Shown piece after piece: positions 48,870-62,414 of a stretch of DNA of 64,000 bases (the stretch's first letter is position 1; every line of letters begins with the position of its first letter). Below the pieces are notes generated by a model, which was not told the origin of the DNA, made no database searches, and worked only from the letters and a program-made list of their open reading frames with translations. The translations under genes and the position numbers were made by a program. Origin of the DNA: Dicyema japonicum (Eukaryota > Animalia > Dicyemida); assembly GCA_011109175.1 (NCBI GenBank), contig RDEW01000028.1, positions 134,673-198,672 of the forward strand, given 5' to 3'.

Positions 48870-49262
48870 ATTGTAAGCCTAGCACAAACAGTCATAACTA
48901 ACTAATCCAAGGAAGGAATCAAATTGAGAACAGCTGCTTGTGCCGACCAAATCCATCTTCCAATACTTCATTACAGGTTTCTGCTTGCGAAGAGAGATGG
49001 GGAAGTAAGTCCGCCTTCTTCCATTTTTGTCCCACGTCCTACCGTCGAGGACCAGCACAAACAGTCATAACTAACTAATCCAAGGAAGGAATCAAATTGA
49101 GAACAGCTGCTTGTGCCGACCAAATCCATCTTCCAATACTTCATTACAGGTTTCTGCTTGCGAAGAGAGATGGGGAAGTAAGTCCGCCTTCTTCCATTTT
49201 TGTCCCACGTCCTACCGTCGCGGACATCACTTTATTATTTAGCGGAATAGTTTTAATAATGC
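48870..49262 (-). repeat. unidentified segment paralogous to 53740-53960 (+), with a local duplication of about 160 bp
   Basis: Shared sequence such as aagtgat.tccgcgacggtag and ttggtcgg.acaagcag..ttggatta.t.agttatgactgtttgtg. Confidence 0.7.
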
Positions 49263-49339
49263 AATCTACATAGGATTTGGTTAGGGAGAAATGTAGGAAG
49301 ATCTCTTTTAACTACTGTGTCGTGCCAGAAGAACTCGTC

Positions 49340-50290
49340 GCCTCACGGGTAAGATCTGTTTGACAAGAGTTGACCTTCGCTGAAAACTCCATCTGTCTTC
49401 TGGAGAAATATCACGGTTTAATTGACTTTCCGAATCGTCAGTTTATTGTACTACTGAGAAATGTCTACAATCCCAAATCTGAGGTGGACAATGTAACCAT
49501 TCGAGGTTTTAGCTGGAATCAGGCGGTCACTTAGTTTTTTATTATTCGAGAAGAGTCTCCCCTTTTTCAACATTGAATTAAACTTTGAAATGATTGAAAA
49601 ACTACCTCTTCACATGAATTCCAAGAAGTAGACTAGTTAATAATTCTAAGTTGTTCGAGCATCTAAAGACTATCAAAGATAGATAACCTTAGTGTCTTTT
49701 TCGAGATTTTCCATGATCAGATCAAAATGTTCACCCTTTAATAAGAGCCCATTCGGATGGTTATTCATAAATCCTCCTTTTTATACGGCGAATAAACATT
49801 CAGATTTTCCCCTTTACTGAAAAATTTTGTAATCTCCTTAAATTCGTATTTCTCTGGAAAATTGATATTCTCAGGGTTATTCACAACCATAAAAGACTCA
49901 CTTTTATTTTTCATCTAAATTCAATATCTCTATAATAAACTTCATAACTATAGATTCCGTATAGTTGTGTAAGTAAATTGTCATTGTCGAATAAAATATT
50001 CTGAAAACTCAAAAAAATAATCTACCATAGTCATCAAATAATGTTTCGAGAATGTTTAATTCACATTCGGAAATAGTTTTTACTACTAAATTCCCGTTGG
50101 ATATTGTAAATAATGTTGATTCATCATTTTCAGGATTTTGGAATAACTTCCAAGAACAAGCCAAAGAGATCTAAAGTGAATCATTTAATATTTTGAAGGT
50201 CTCGATATTATTGACAATAATAGACATATTTTGTTGAAAAACAAGAGAGATGTAATCAGTATTGTTAAATCCTAATATAAGATAATTTTG
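49340..50290 (-). pseudogene. divergent phosphatidylinositol-phosphate kinase (PIP5K-like), frameshifted, introns retained
   Basis: GFNNTDY, LVVKTISECE, LLTQLYGIYS, FMVVNN, KYEFK (for KYDLK), FMNNHPNGLLL, SLLLGIH, FGIVDISQ; at least two frameshifts and stops. Confidence 0.65.
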
Positions 50291-50399
50291 ACTTTTGTGC
50301 TTCTATAATTACTCGGGCTTCGGACGGATTTTTTTAAATTTGATACATTTCCCTATGCGGCCTACGGCTGCGTAATGCTTAATTCTTTTTTCCCTAATT

Positions 50400-52720
50400 T
50401 GGTTATAAGCAAAGATTTTATTTAACAATTTTTTAAGTCTTTTTTATGTACTTTAGTTTTTTATTCATCTTCTTGTATAACGACCGACAAGTTGAAAACC
50501 GACATACAGAGAATTGATTGACCACATTCCGTAATATGTTACGTTTGATAACAAAAAATTCTTAACGACACAACTGCTCCAAAGTGTTTTGGGCACAATG
50601 TCGAGACCGATGAAGTTCTTCGGCAAGCAAATTCATCTTGGTTTCATCATCTAGAGAAATGACGAGTTTTGGGTTGTCGTACCGATTTTTTATATATAAA
50701 GATCCGTCTAATATATCGAAATATTGTGATTTTTGAGTTATCCAGAATTAATTTTTTTCACTAAAAATATAATATTTTAATTTTTTTAAATATGGAAACC
50801 AGATCTCAAAAGTATCCCATGCATGTGGCCTAGATGGGTTACCATTAATCAGCTTTAAGCATCTTGACTGCGAGCAAAGGCTGCATTAACAGATTTGTAC
50901 AATTATTTTATCAATACACACGTTCTCTTAAAAATTCGGGAGAACACGCCTATTCTGAAAACAGAAAAGTCAAAAGAAAACCCTGCTTCGTATCATCCGG
51001 TCTCCATACATGCAAAATATCAAAAGTGTTAGAATAACTTGTTCTAAAGATAATTTTTCAGGATCAGCTTCAAATTTATCAGCGATGGTTTCAGCAAACC
51101 AAAAACTCATATGCGGATAGCCTTGCTTTCTGTGGACATAGGAAAGTTATTAACTCTATATCGTAGTCTCTGACTCTGCTACCAAAAATAATGTTTTCAA
51201 CACACCAAAAACTCATATGCGGATAGCCTTGCTTTCTGTGGACATAGGAAAGTTATTAACTCTATATCGTAGTCTCTGATTCTGCTACCAAAAATATTTT
51301 TGAAACTTGTAATAAAATCCGAATATAAAAATGTGACTGAGTAACTTTCCGAGCAACATGGGAATAATACGGTACGGCGAACACAACTCAATTTGCCGAA
51401 CGGTTTACCACAAGGACTCCCACTTTCCTCTACATCACTCAAACTGTTATTATCAGTCATTCAAATTTCAATGATCCAGACGTGCTGTTACTGCTTGATG
51501 AAATTATTATCGCCGTTAGGAACAGACCCCCATCCTAGCTGAACAATCTCTTCGTACTTATATATGTAGACGATTTCTTTGTTATTTTTTATTTAAAATG
51601 TTCGGGTAGGCAATTTCACTTCTCTTTAGAGTAGATCAGTTTTCCATAATGGTACAGGTAGTTTATCATTATGTTTCTTATTCCCAGGCTCCTTCGGTCA
51701 ATTTCACTCGTTCTTAAGAGAAATCTCGGAAAACTGACCAGCTAAGTGGAAACGACATCATGTAGCGGCTCCATCCACCAAACTGACATTGTAGCTTATG
51801 AACACTCCAGATGATCTTTTCGTTTCGAGGTTGATCGTCACCATCCATGCTCCTTCGGTCAATTTCACTCGTTCTTAAGAGAAATCTCGGAAAACTGACC
51901 AGCTAAGTGGAAACGACATCATGTAGCGGCTCCATCCACCAAACTGACGTTGTAGCTTATGAACACTCCAGATGATCTTTTCGTTTCTAGGTTGATCGTC
52001 ACTATCTGAGGAAAGTAATCACTTTCTATCTCTCAAAATATCGTTTGGAGCTTTATGTGCTCCATAAAAGAAGAGAAACAATAAATTCTCCGAGTGTATA
52101 TTTTCTATAAGATCGTTTTGATTTTTCAGACATCATTACCTTGAATCCATGCTGGTCAGATACCTTCTTTGGTAATCGTCCATCTTAGTTCGTCTCCCGT
52201 ACCCAAAACTCTTATATTTGAAGTTAAAGTCCTTAATCACAATTGACTCTTTAATATAACTGAACTAATTTTAAATCTCTTCCGCGTACTTCTTCAAGTT
52301 TTTTGAATACAGTTCATCAATAGAAATCCACCTATCGGACCAGAATACTTTGATCGCCAGAAATTCATAAAACATCGAGGCAATTATCCTCAGATCTCTA
52401 ACTCGAAGAGCCGATCGTCGAAAATAGACGTCACAGTCTCCACTAAAGTTTTACTTTTCAGCAATCACTCACCCCTCTGCCTCTCGTATTTTAAACTATT
52501 ATCATCTGGTCTTCACACAGAGGCCGCTGCTTTCATAGGTACTAGGCAGACCCAATAGCTCGCTCCGTGAATGATCGAACCGCACTTGATATTTGATCTC
52601 CCGTTTGTTTATACCGGGCACTCGGGAAGATTATGCGGTCTTCCACAGCGAAGGCAGCTTGGCCAGTTCAAGGTTTTGCTAGGACAGTTCAGGGTTTTGC
52701 TAGGACATATCTGGAACACT
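50400..52720 (-). mobile_element. Ty3/Gypsy pol remnant
   Basis: Knuckle-like CLRCGRPHNLPECP; RNaseH end SRIRDYDIE; integrase zinc-binding LH...HC.Q.TL..L...FF..C-like segment; heavily decayed. Confidence 0.5.
50790..51060 (+). mobile_element. I/Ingi-like RT N-terminal fragment inserted in the Gypsy remnant
   Basis: ACGLDGL.LI.FKHL and ENPASYHPVS-like motifs. Confidence 0.45.
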
Positions 52721-52789
52721 TAGTTTACTAGTTATGGTCATTTGGAATAAATTCATAAAATAACGATAAAATTAATTTATAATTTTAAA

Positions 52790-53300
52790 TAAATTGAGAT
52801 TATAGTATAAATGTTTGAAGGACATACGATTAAACTAATAAAGTCGATTATTATGACGAGGTCCCCTACGTAATGGGAGTCACCCTTCATGATCACGGGT
52901 CTAATGTTCTGGAAGAGCCATCGTATCAGTATAGACTCCCCATTCGGCAGTTTTGTAAGCCAGTTGATTGACCTGATAAAGTCAGACATGCTCGGACCAA
53001 ACATGTCAGACGTCTAAATGGAGATTGGCTAGAATGCGAACCGATCCCTAATGGTACAGTACTTTATCCTTTTCAAATCTTCAGCAGTATTCGCTGTAGA
53101 TCTTTTCCGAAACGATGACTTGAGCTGATTCTCGTTAGAGTAAGTTCCGTGCAGGTTGAATTCCATTAAAACAGTATTCATTTGCATTGTGAAAGATTGA
53201 AAAATTTCGAAAATCATGAAATTTGTACTGCAAAATCAAGATTACTCAGTTCCAAATACGCGTGGAAGGATTCGAAACTGGATATTTGTCTCAAGGATAT
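52790..53300 (-). mobile_element. CRE-like non-LTR retrotransposon 3' end (RLE)
   Basis: TAEDLKRIKY...FGPSMSDFIR..RWLFQNI..VIMKGDS matches the CRE C-terminal pattern seen at 61-62 kb. Confidence 0.55.
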
Positions 53301-53739
53301 ATCACACCACAGATTCTAAGAAAGAATGAGTTCAATCATGATAACTGCCTTCTAATTTATAGTATTTTAAAAGTTTGATGAAATAAGAATATTGTGTTAT
53401 CTTAAATAGTTGTGATGATAAATATCAATTTAATTAAAAAGAAATTATTATATTGAAGTATTTATATATAGTGGTGGATAACTCCAAACACTAAATTGCT
53501 CGTAGAAAAGGCGTCTTTGCTAAAAGAGAAATATTTCTAACTACATTAGAACATTAATTTTGTAAAATAAATTGGCCTAATATATATTTTCAAAAATATT
53601 TTTTGTTAAAATAAGGTCAGTCTCTCAAGACCAGAGTCATCGATCAAACCATACATTATATCAGTCTCTCAATACTAAGCTCATCCGTCTCATCTCTACC
53701 TTGACACTGCGCGGTAGCACCTTCGGCTCGCGACATATT

Positions 53740-53960
53740 ACCATTATCAAAACTCTTCCACCCAAGAATGAAGTGATATCCGCGACGGTAGAAAGTGCGA
53801 TGAAAATGGCAGAGGGCGGACCTACTTCTCCACCTCTCTTCAGAAGCGGGATGCCTATATGAACTATTTGAGCATGAATTTGGTCGGTACAAGCAGACGT
53901 TTTCCCTTGGATTAATCAGTTATGACTGTTTGTGTTTGGTTTACCAAGGATATATAAGTC
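53740..53960 (+). repeat. paralog of 48870-49262
   Basis: Direct nucleotide similarity in inverted orientation. Confidence 0.7.
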
Positions 53961-55169
53961 TGATATATGATGCTCCTTAGTTGGCTTTAAAATGTTAGAA
54001 TGTGAACCAGATTTTGAAGTCTTTGTTTATGACGGGTACTTATAAGCCTTGATCATTAGGATATTTTCTCTTTGGACTCGTAATGAGCAGTCTCACTACT
54101 CCAATAGGAGGTTTGTCACGATTTGTAGAAATGGTGAGCTTTGGAGGAATAATTGAGCATTTAGATTTTAAGAAGTGCTATGAAACTTTGAAAAAGAAAC
54201 TGATTGATCTTCTCAGTGTTATCAATCTGAATAATCAAACTGTTCTTTTGACTGATCACTCACTTCAAGACGGGACAGAGTATCACTTTTTTATGCAAGG
54301 AAAAATAAATTAATCTGCAAAATCCTATTTGACAGTGAAAATGCCGGATACTTGTCTGTCCTGAACCAATCTCTGATATGTGGCATAGAAAGTTTGAACT
54401 ATACTTTACATGATAATTCATACAATAGTCTAAATAACCGTAAAACGACACATGTCTCAGTTTAACGTTCATACACTGTGCTTTAACAAGTTCACCTGGT
54501 GGACAATTCAACAGAATCGTGCTAATATCAAAGTACGTTTCGAACCCCAGAGAATCAAAGTACTGAACAGTGCTCTAAATAAGTAACAAGCGTACACATG
54601 GTCGGCATGTCTGATCATGTGGGTACTGTCCGTGAAGATTACTTCTATACTCCCTTCTTAGAGTCCGTTGGCGAAACCATTCAATCCACTTGGTCACAAG
54701 GTGAACAAACTACATGATGGGTCTTCTGTATTCACTTTAATATGTTACAGTCATCAACACCTTCACTAGCAACGAAAAAACTGGGAACTTTTGCAAAACT
54801 CGAGATCTAGTTTAAGTTGAACCGACTGTCAGTCTCTTCCGAAAAACCTTCCGATACGATTTTCTCCGCCTATCAAAGATTGAATGAAAATTTGGATGTT
54901 ATATGGAAAGCCTATCTCATATAAGCAAAACCTTATATTATTATCACGTAAAAAGGTTCCTGGTTAGCGGAAATTCGTAAACTGAATCTTATAAAAGAGT
55001 TATTTTCTTTTCTGTGGTGATTATCGGAGGAATATTCGGTTCTTTTATACAATTTAATTTAAATGAAAAAAAATCGCCTCGTTAAGAAACATCGATCATA
55101 TCATTTTCATAGATAATACCTGTTGCCTTATTATTAATAGCACTTTCGAAGAACCAAAAATGTAATTTA

Positions 55170-58100
55170 TTTAATTAAGGTTCCGCTTGTGCCGTATTTT
55201 TCTTCAGGTTATTTTTTCCACAATTCTCTTGACTAACTTCCTCCATGCTCCGCGGTTACAGGACCAAAAATGTAATTTATTTAATTAAGGTTCCGCTTGT
55301 GCCGTATTTTTCTTCAGGTTATTTTTTCCACAATTCTCTTGACTAACTTCCTCCATGCTCCGCGGTTACAGGCAGTTATTCCGAGCGTATCCAGATCATC
55401 TCCTGTTTTTAGCTTTCGTCCTACATTGGTCAGGTCCTTGTGTAGAACCTCTGGCAAAGTTATGCGAGGTCTTCCACGGAACGAGGTATTCACTTCTGGG
55501 CACAAATAGTTATCCATTGCTATTTTAGCAGGCGTCATCTGACTCATTCGAAGGATGTGACCAAACAGACGCAATCTTGATTCCAGGATATCCAGACTCA
55601 ATGGTCTTGTATTACATACTTTGTATAGATTCTTGTTTGTAATTTTTTTGGCCAGTTGATGCCAAGCAACAGTCGGAGTTGTTTACGATGGAAGGCATCT
55701 AGTTTGTCCATTACCGCTTGTGAGACACCCCAGGTTGCAGGTTTGTAATTTTTTTGGCCAGTTGATGCCAAGCAACAGTCGGAGTTGTTTACGATGGAAG
55801 GCATCTAGTTTGTCCATTACCGCTTCTGAGACACCCCAGGTTGCAGCGTTGTACATTAGGACTGGTTTCACGAAGGCATTGTATAGTCTCACACGTAATT
55901 GTGTGCTAATTTGTTTGCGATGATTCCAGACTACTCCCATTTTTCCAAAGGCCGCGACGGCCAACATCTTCCTGTTAGTGATATCCTCAGCATCTCCGAG
56001 CAACGACCCCAATTGTTTACAGTATCTTTATTTTTCATCAGTTCGGGTTAGTTCACGGCGTATGGTAGTTGTCTCCGTCTTTTCCGTATTGATTTTGATG
56101 AACCATTTTTCTAGGACATCTGGCATCCTTGTCCGTATATAGTTTAATGTTTTCTCGTCGCTGGATATATAGTCGATATTATCTGCATAAATCACTTCAG
56201 TTTGAGGTAGATCGCCAATTAATAGTCTGAAGTCTCTGAGTGCCGCCTCCAGATATGTCACAAAAAGTACCGGTGACAAGGAATCTCTCTGCATAAATCA
56301 CTTCAGTTTGAGGTAGATCGCCAATTAATAGTCTGAAGTCTCTGAGTGCCGCCTCCAGATATGTCACAAAAAGTACCGGTGACAAGGAATCTCCCTGCGG
56401 TACCCCGAACGTTGTCTCGAATGGGACAGACTCCAAATTTCTAAAACGTACACATAGCTGCGTTGTTCCAAGTAATAGACGGATCATTCTGACACTGTCC
56501 TCGTCAACCAGCTTCTCCAAGATATCCAAAAGTCTCCCTCTGTGTATAGAGTCAAAGGCTTTGGACATGTCCATGCCAAGGATGCCAATAGCCCCCTTGT
56601 ACTTTTGATGTGTTGCACAAAGCCATCGATGTCCCCAGACCACATCAGCTGTAGATCTCCCTGACCTGAATCCGCTTTGACCGTGAGAGAGAAAGTTCTC
56701 GATGTCAGATCCAATCCTGTTCAGCACTATAAGTGATAGTGTCTTGCGTAGAGTCGTCAATAGTACGATGGGTCTTAAATTCGTTAAGGGGCCTTTAGCT
56801 TTGCCCGGTTTTTGTAGTGCAATTAGTGTGCCATTACCCACATCCAGTGGTGAGTTGTATTTGAATGTTTTGTTGTATATCTCAGTTAATAGTTCAGAGA
56901 TCTCGGTCGGTGCATATTTGAGAAGTTCTGCATTTATGTTGTCAGGGCCAGCAGCTCTATTGTTGTTCAGTTTGTCCAGGGCTTTTTTTGTTTCCAGCAT
57001 CGTTATCGGAATATTTAGTTCTCGTGCTTCACCATCGAATTGTTTGATTTTTTCCCCGTGGTTTTGATTGAAGGCCTGCTGATAATGGCTGGATATGGCC
57101 GATAGAATTTCATTTTTGTTTAACATAGTCTTTCCAAACTGGTCATGTATTGTGATTTTTGATGACTGCGTGTCTCTATTTAGTAGGTGAACAGCCTTGA
57201 ACATCTGCGCTCCGTTTTTGAGTCTTTCTACTTCTTTAGCCATTCCAGCAAGTTTATTTTCCTTTATTTCCCTCGTTCTTTTCTTTACTTTATACAGGTT
57301 CCGCATGACTCTTAGAGTGTGTTCTTTTGCCTGGTCCTGGCAGGTTTCGACCTGTAAACGTAGGTTCCTCTGCAATTTGGATAGTTCTTCAAGCTCGTGG
57401 TCATAGTGCCCGTTGAAATGCTTCGGTTTTACTCCGACTGTTGAATGGGCCGCGCACTTTATTGCATTGATGGTGTCTTGCCACAGCTCCCCAGGCATTT
57501 TTTCTTTATTCCACTGTCTGATCTTTTCTCTCAATGTATTTTGATAGCTTTCCCGAGTCGGTCCCACCATGCAGAGTTGCTCTACTGCGAACCTCCCCTC
57601 AGATATCCTCATGCCAGCCACTTTGGAAACCCCAAAATGAAACGTGCCACAACCAATCTGTGATCACTATCTACTAGTGTCCCTCTGTAGCTCCGAGAAT
57701 CTGTTAGCAGTGCCTTGTAGGCTTGTTTGCAGATAATGTAATCTATTTGGTTATATATAGGCTTGATAGTCCCAGATTTGTCCTTTCGGTAGCAGCTCCA
57801 TGTCGTCTTATGTCTTGTTGAGTGCCTGAAAGCAGTGTTGCATAGAAATAGTTTAAATGTATTGCAAAATTCGATAAGCGATTCTCCTGAATGGTTCCTG
57901 ATCCCCCTTCCATGGCTTCCCATGAATTCTTCGTGACTACTCCCACGTCCTGCCTTTGCGTTCCAATCTCCGGCGATGTATGTCATGAACGATGTTTCCA
58001 AAGATGCATATAGTTGCGACAGGGAGGAATAGAAGTCGTCTAGTTCGTCTCCATTGATTGATACTCTCACCGAAGTAGGTGCATATACATTAATAATGGA

Positions 58101-58480
58101 GATTATGGAATTGTTCCTTTCACCGTATTTTAATTGTAAAACACATATTCTATCGCTCACCCTCCACGTCTTGTGGATTCGATTGTTCAGTTCTTTTTGT
58201 ATTGCAAATCCCATGCCGTAGTGTGGGCAATTCGAAGGGTGCAGAATCAGGCGGAAATCATTGTTGATTTCATCTAGTCCGCCTTTTACTTTCGTTTCCT
58301 GTAAGCACGCCACGGTTACCTTGTACGATCCAAGATCCACGCATAAGTTTCTTCTTTTAGTATCCGATTTTAATCCTCTTACGTTGAACGAGCTAATAGT
58401 GAAAGATCTCGAAGAAAAGCACGAAAAAGACATGTGTGCAATAGAGTCACGTCACCAGCTCAACCACCTGTTGCATTAGG
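55170..58480 (-). mobile_element. near full-length RTE-like LINE (APE + RT single-ORF type)
   Basis: ORFs 57609-58433 (APE: FNVRGL, CLQETK, GDWNA, NQIDY, DSDH) and 56197-57621 (RT: AAGPD, KPGKAKGPLTNLRPI, QSGFR, DMSKAFD, GVPQGDSLSP). One frameshift near 57615 and local duplications. Confidence 0.9.
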
Positions 58481-58999
58481 TTTTAGTTTCTGAAAACTTC
58501 TAGGACAGATATATTATGAACAGGATTGGAGATACGCTAATTTTTTAGGTTTGCATTTCTCATTTTGAGTGCTATGCGGGTATCATCCTGCAAGGGCGTG
58601 CCTAGAGGGGGCCATAAGGGCAGCAGATCCAAGCCATATAGTTCACGTTATTAAGTTATGATTACTTTTTCTCGACCTTTTCTCATCATAGATAAGATCG
58701 ACTGCTAACGATCACGATGCTATACTGACTTCAAGCGCATGGGTTTTAATCGATGACAGCGCCTGTCAAGTNAGTGCTATGCGGGTATCATCCTGCAAGG
58801 GCGTGCCTAGAGGGGGCCATAAGGGCAGCAGATCCAAGCCATATAGTTCACGTTATTAAGTTATGATCACTTTTTTCTCGACTTTTTCTCATCATAGATA
58901 AGATCGACTGCTAACGATCACGATGCTATACTGACTTCAAGCGCATGGGTTTTAATCGATGACAGCGCCTGTCAAGTTTATCTTTTATCAGCATTGAAA

Positions 59000-59165
59000 A
59001 TAAATTCCTCACAAGCTAGGTGAAAGAAGTTATGGTACAGATTTCAGTGAATACACCCTGCGGAAAGGATTGTATATAAAGGACTCACATGCAACAAAAA
59101 GAAAAAAGGAAGTGAAGAGCATTCTTTGGTTCTCCCTTTCTACGATTAGTTATCATAACGTAACA
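59000..59165 (+). mobile_element. 3' part of the SINE family (repeated at 59861-59945 across a single N)
   Basis: ggactcacatgcaacaaaaagaaaaaaggaagtgaagagcattc..ctacgattagttatcataac matches 34880-34940 and 37010-37070. Confidence 0.55.
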
Positions 59166-60660
59166 AAACAATTAAAGTAATTGAATGGCAGTTTTCCCTG
59201 ACAAATACCAGAGAAATCTTTTTGAACAGCCTTTCGGTTTTCCGACGTTTGTTACTCGCTTTCGTATTAGGACCCAAGCGATCTTAAAAAAGAGAACGTC
59301 TTGTCCCGAAGATTCCGCTCGTCTCTACAGCAACGGGATTAATTAGATTGTTTTTGTTACGCCTGGTAAGCTGTAGGTAATATGGATCTCACTAAAAGTG
59401 CGGTTTATTTTTTGGCCTTTTTCTCTGTTTGCTCGAGTACGAAGTGTTTGTAATTTTTTCGATTTTCTGAGTTTCTGCTCGCAGAATTAGAAGCGAAAAC
59501 ATTTCGGTTTTTTGATCGTATAGAGGTCTTGTCGATTAGCAGTTCCGGTTTTTTACATTTGTGCTTCCTTTAACATTCTATAAGGATATACCTTCCAATG
59601 ATATACTTTTAGCAAATGTTACCTTACTTTGTTGGATAGTTTCGCCATTTACCAAACTCTTAACACACATTAATGTACCATGTTGGTTATTTTTTGTCCC
59701 AGTCAATGTAGTAATGTGCCTTGCTGAGTGTTTGAATGTAGTATTGCACATATTCAATTTATTCATGTTACAAAATTCAACCATATTTTCTCTAGGAAGA
59801 TTCCTTCTGTTTCTCCTTTGTGATCCAAGGACTCCGTCATGTGCTCAACAATCAAGTNAAAGGACTCACATGCAACAAAAAGAAAAAAGGAAGTGAAGAG
59901 CATTCTTTGGTTCTCCCTTTCTACGATTAGTTATCATAACGTAACAAAACAATTAAAGTAATTGAATGGCAGTTTTCCCTGACAAATACCAGAGAAATCT
60001 TTTTGAACAGCCATTCGGTTTTCCGACGTTTGTTACTCGCTTTCGTATTAGGACCCAAGCGATCTTAAAAAAGAGAACGTCTTGTCCCGAAGATTCAGCT
60101 TGTCTCTACAGCAACGGGATTAATTAGATTGTTTTTGTTACGCCTGGTAAGCTGTAGGTAATATGGATCTCACTAAAAGTGCGGTTTATTTTTTGGCCTT
60201 TTTCTCTGTTTGCTCGAGTACGAAGTGTTTGTAATTTTTTCGATTTTCTGAGTTTCTGCTCGCAGAATTAGAAGCGAAAACATTTCGGTTTTTTGATCGT
60301 ATAGAGGTCTTGTAGATTAGCAGTTCCGGTTTTTTTACATTTGTGCTTCCTTTAATATTCTATAAGGATATACCTTCCAATGATATCATACTTTTAGCAA
60401 ATGTTACCTTACTTTGTTGGATAGTTTCGCCGTTTACCAAACTCTTAACACACATTAATGTACCATGTTGGTTATTTTTTGTCCCAGTCAATGTAGTAAT
60501 GTGCCTTGCTGAGTGTTTGAATGTAGTATTGCACATATTCAATTTATTCATGTTACAAAATTCAACCATATTTTCTCTAGGAAGATTCCTTCTGTTTCTC
60601 CTTTGTGATCCAAGGACTCCGTCATATGCTCAACAATCAAGTCTCCAGCAAAAAATAAGA
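59165..60660 (-). mobile_element. RTE-like APE/linker fragment, duplicated across a single-N join
   Basis: EFCNMNKLNMCNTTFKHSARHITT; about 780 bp repeated either side of N at 59858. Confidence 0.7.
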
Positions 60661-61024
60661 AACGGGAAGTGGACAGTTTTGCATATATAATTAGAGGGCT
60701 TCATAAAACTCTTCTGGCTCTTTTATGTTTCTTGCAACTTTCTCAGAAGTGAGGGCATAAAGGGATTGGGAAGGAAGGAACACAAACTAATAGTCAATCA
60801 TATCCGCTGGACATAGAACGATTTTATTGTTATAAATAAATCAATTATTTTATGTAAAAAAAAATAGTCAATAAAATTTATCATCTGATAATGGTAAATT
60901 AAGTAATTCAAATTAATAAAATTTAAATATAAAAAAAAACTATGTGATAAAAAGTCGCAAAAATAAAAATGAAGCGTGCAATTCTTTATTTTTCAAATGA
61001 AATTAAAAATATTTGGTTTTCCCA

Positions 61025-61120
61025 TCAACAACGACACTTCGTCAACCAATAACGACATATGGTCAATGAATAACGACAATAATCAATCAACAATGACACA
61101 ATAGGCAATCAATAACGACA
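61025..61120. repeat. short degenerate minisatellite (caat..aataacgaca)
   Basis: About five imperfect units containing aacgaca/atgaca. Confidence 0.5.
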
Positions 61121-61149
61121 CAAAACTTAATTTTTATATAGGTCAGGAG

Positions 61150-62030
61150 GATTCTACACTCCTACCCGAATTCTCAATTGACCAAGACATAATCCACGCA
61201 CGAGAAGCCTGGAATGCCACCAACCTCCCCCTCCCTCCTTCACAAGACTGCCAGCGAAACCTGGACAATTTATTGTGTTGGAAATCATTTGGACTCCTAC
61301 TGGAATCGGCCAATCAGCACCGACGCGCTTGTTTGCTTTCGGGGGCTTCCCCTGAGAGCGGAGCTTGGCTAAACGCCATCCCAAATGGAGCTCTGGGCAC
61401 CTTTCTGGATAATGAATGCGTTAGAAGTGGTATCTCTTTGCGGCTGGGACTGAAAGTATGTGTACCTCACCCGTGCCGATGTGGCATCCTGATAGACTGC
61501 TATGGCCTGCAAGAAGAGCTCTGGCAGATCTCCAAGGCACAAGGCTCTGAATGAGATTGTCAAGCGGGTTATGGATGCTGCTGGATACTCGGCCATTCTT
61601 AAACCGGTCGGGTTATGCAGAAGTGACGAGAAACGACCGGACGGGATGACCATATTTCCCTTTGAGCCCGAGAAACCACTTGTTTTGGACGTAACATGTA
61701 CAGACACGTTTGCCCCGAACAATCTCCACGAGTGCGCTTCAAGGGCTTGCTCTGCAGCCGTAAAAGCGGAGAAGGACAAACTCGAAAAATACGTCGACCT
61801 TCCCGATAATGTCAAATTTGTTCCCCTTGCTATGGAGTTTCGGACGTATTGGAAACCGGATCACCTCATGCACTGAAATTCTCCGTGAACGACGCTGGCT
61901 ATTTGAGCGAATTTCGCTCGAAATTATGAGAGGGAACAGCCAGACAGCGGTTGATAGTGCTTGTACTTACGGATATTTCCATCTCCTCGAACAGTTTTAT
62001 TTTCAACGTATAAGACGAAATTAATCCTAG
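61150..62030 (+). mobile_element. CRE-clade non-LTR retrotransposon 3' half (zinc knuckle + restriction-like endonuclease)
   Basis: SGAWLNAIP..LRLG..HPCRCG..ACKK..RH.ALNEIVKR..RPDGMT..DVTCTDT..KYV..FVPLAME..ERISLEIMRGN; frameshifted. Confidence 0.8.
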
Positions 62031-62414
62031 GCGTATAAGACACATTCATTGGTCTAGACTTCAAGAGTTCATCACTTAGTCCATGTTCACGGTAACAGTA
62101 GAAGGACTTATATCCATTTTGAAGATAAGTAGACATTTCGTGAACCTTACTACTGATAACCATTTGGTTAACAAAAGGGTGAACCTAGAATGACGCGATG
62201 GCTTTTCCAGAAGATTGGGCTCGCGATTATGAGAGATAACTCCCATTCGTGCTCAAAACCTGTAGGTAATAATGGAGACCGGTCATAACAACTATATTTA
62301 ACAATATTTGATGAAAAAGTTTTACTTGGTTAACTGATCTTATATTGTTTGTAAAATTATGAAATTGAATTATGTTACTACGTAATATTCAAGTAATAAT
62401 TAATATAAAGTAAG

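Noticed and set aside
57590-57640. Programmed -1 frameshift between the APE and RT ORFs
   Set aside because: No in-frame X XXY YYZ heptamer, and the related copy at 23463 reads through this junction in one frame; a simple indel is more likely.
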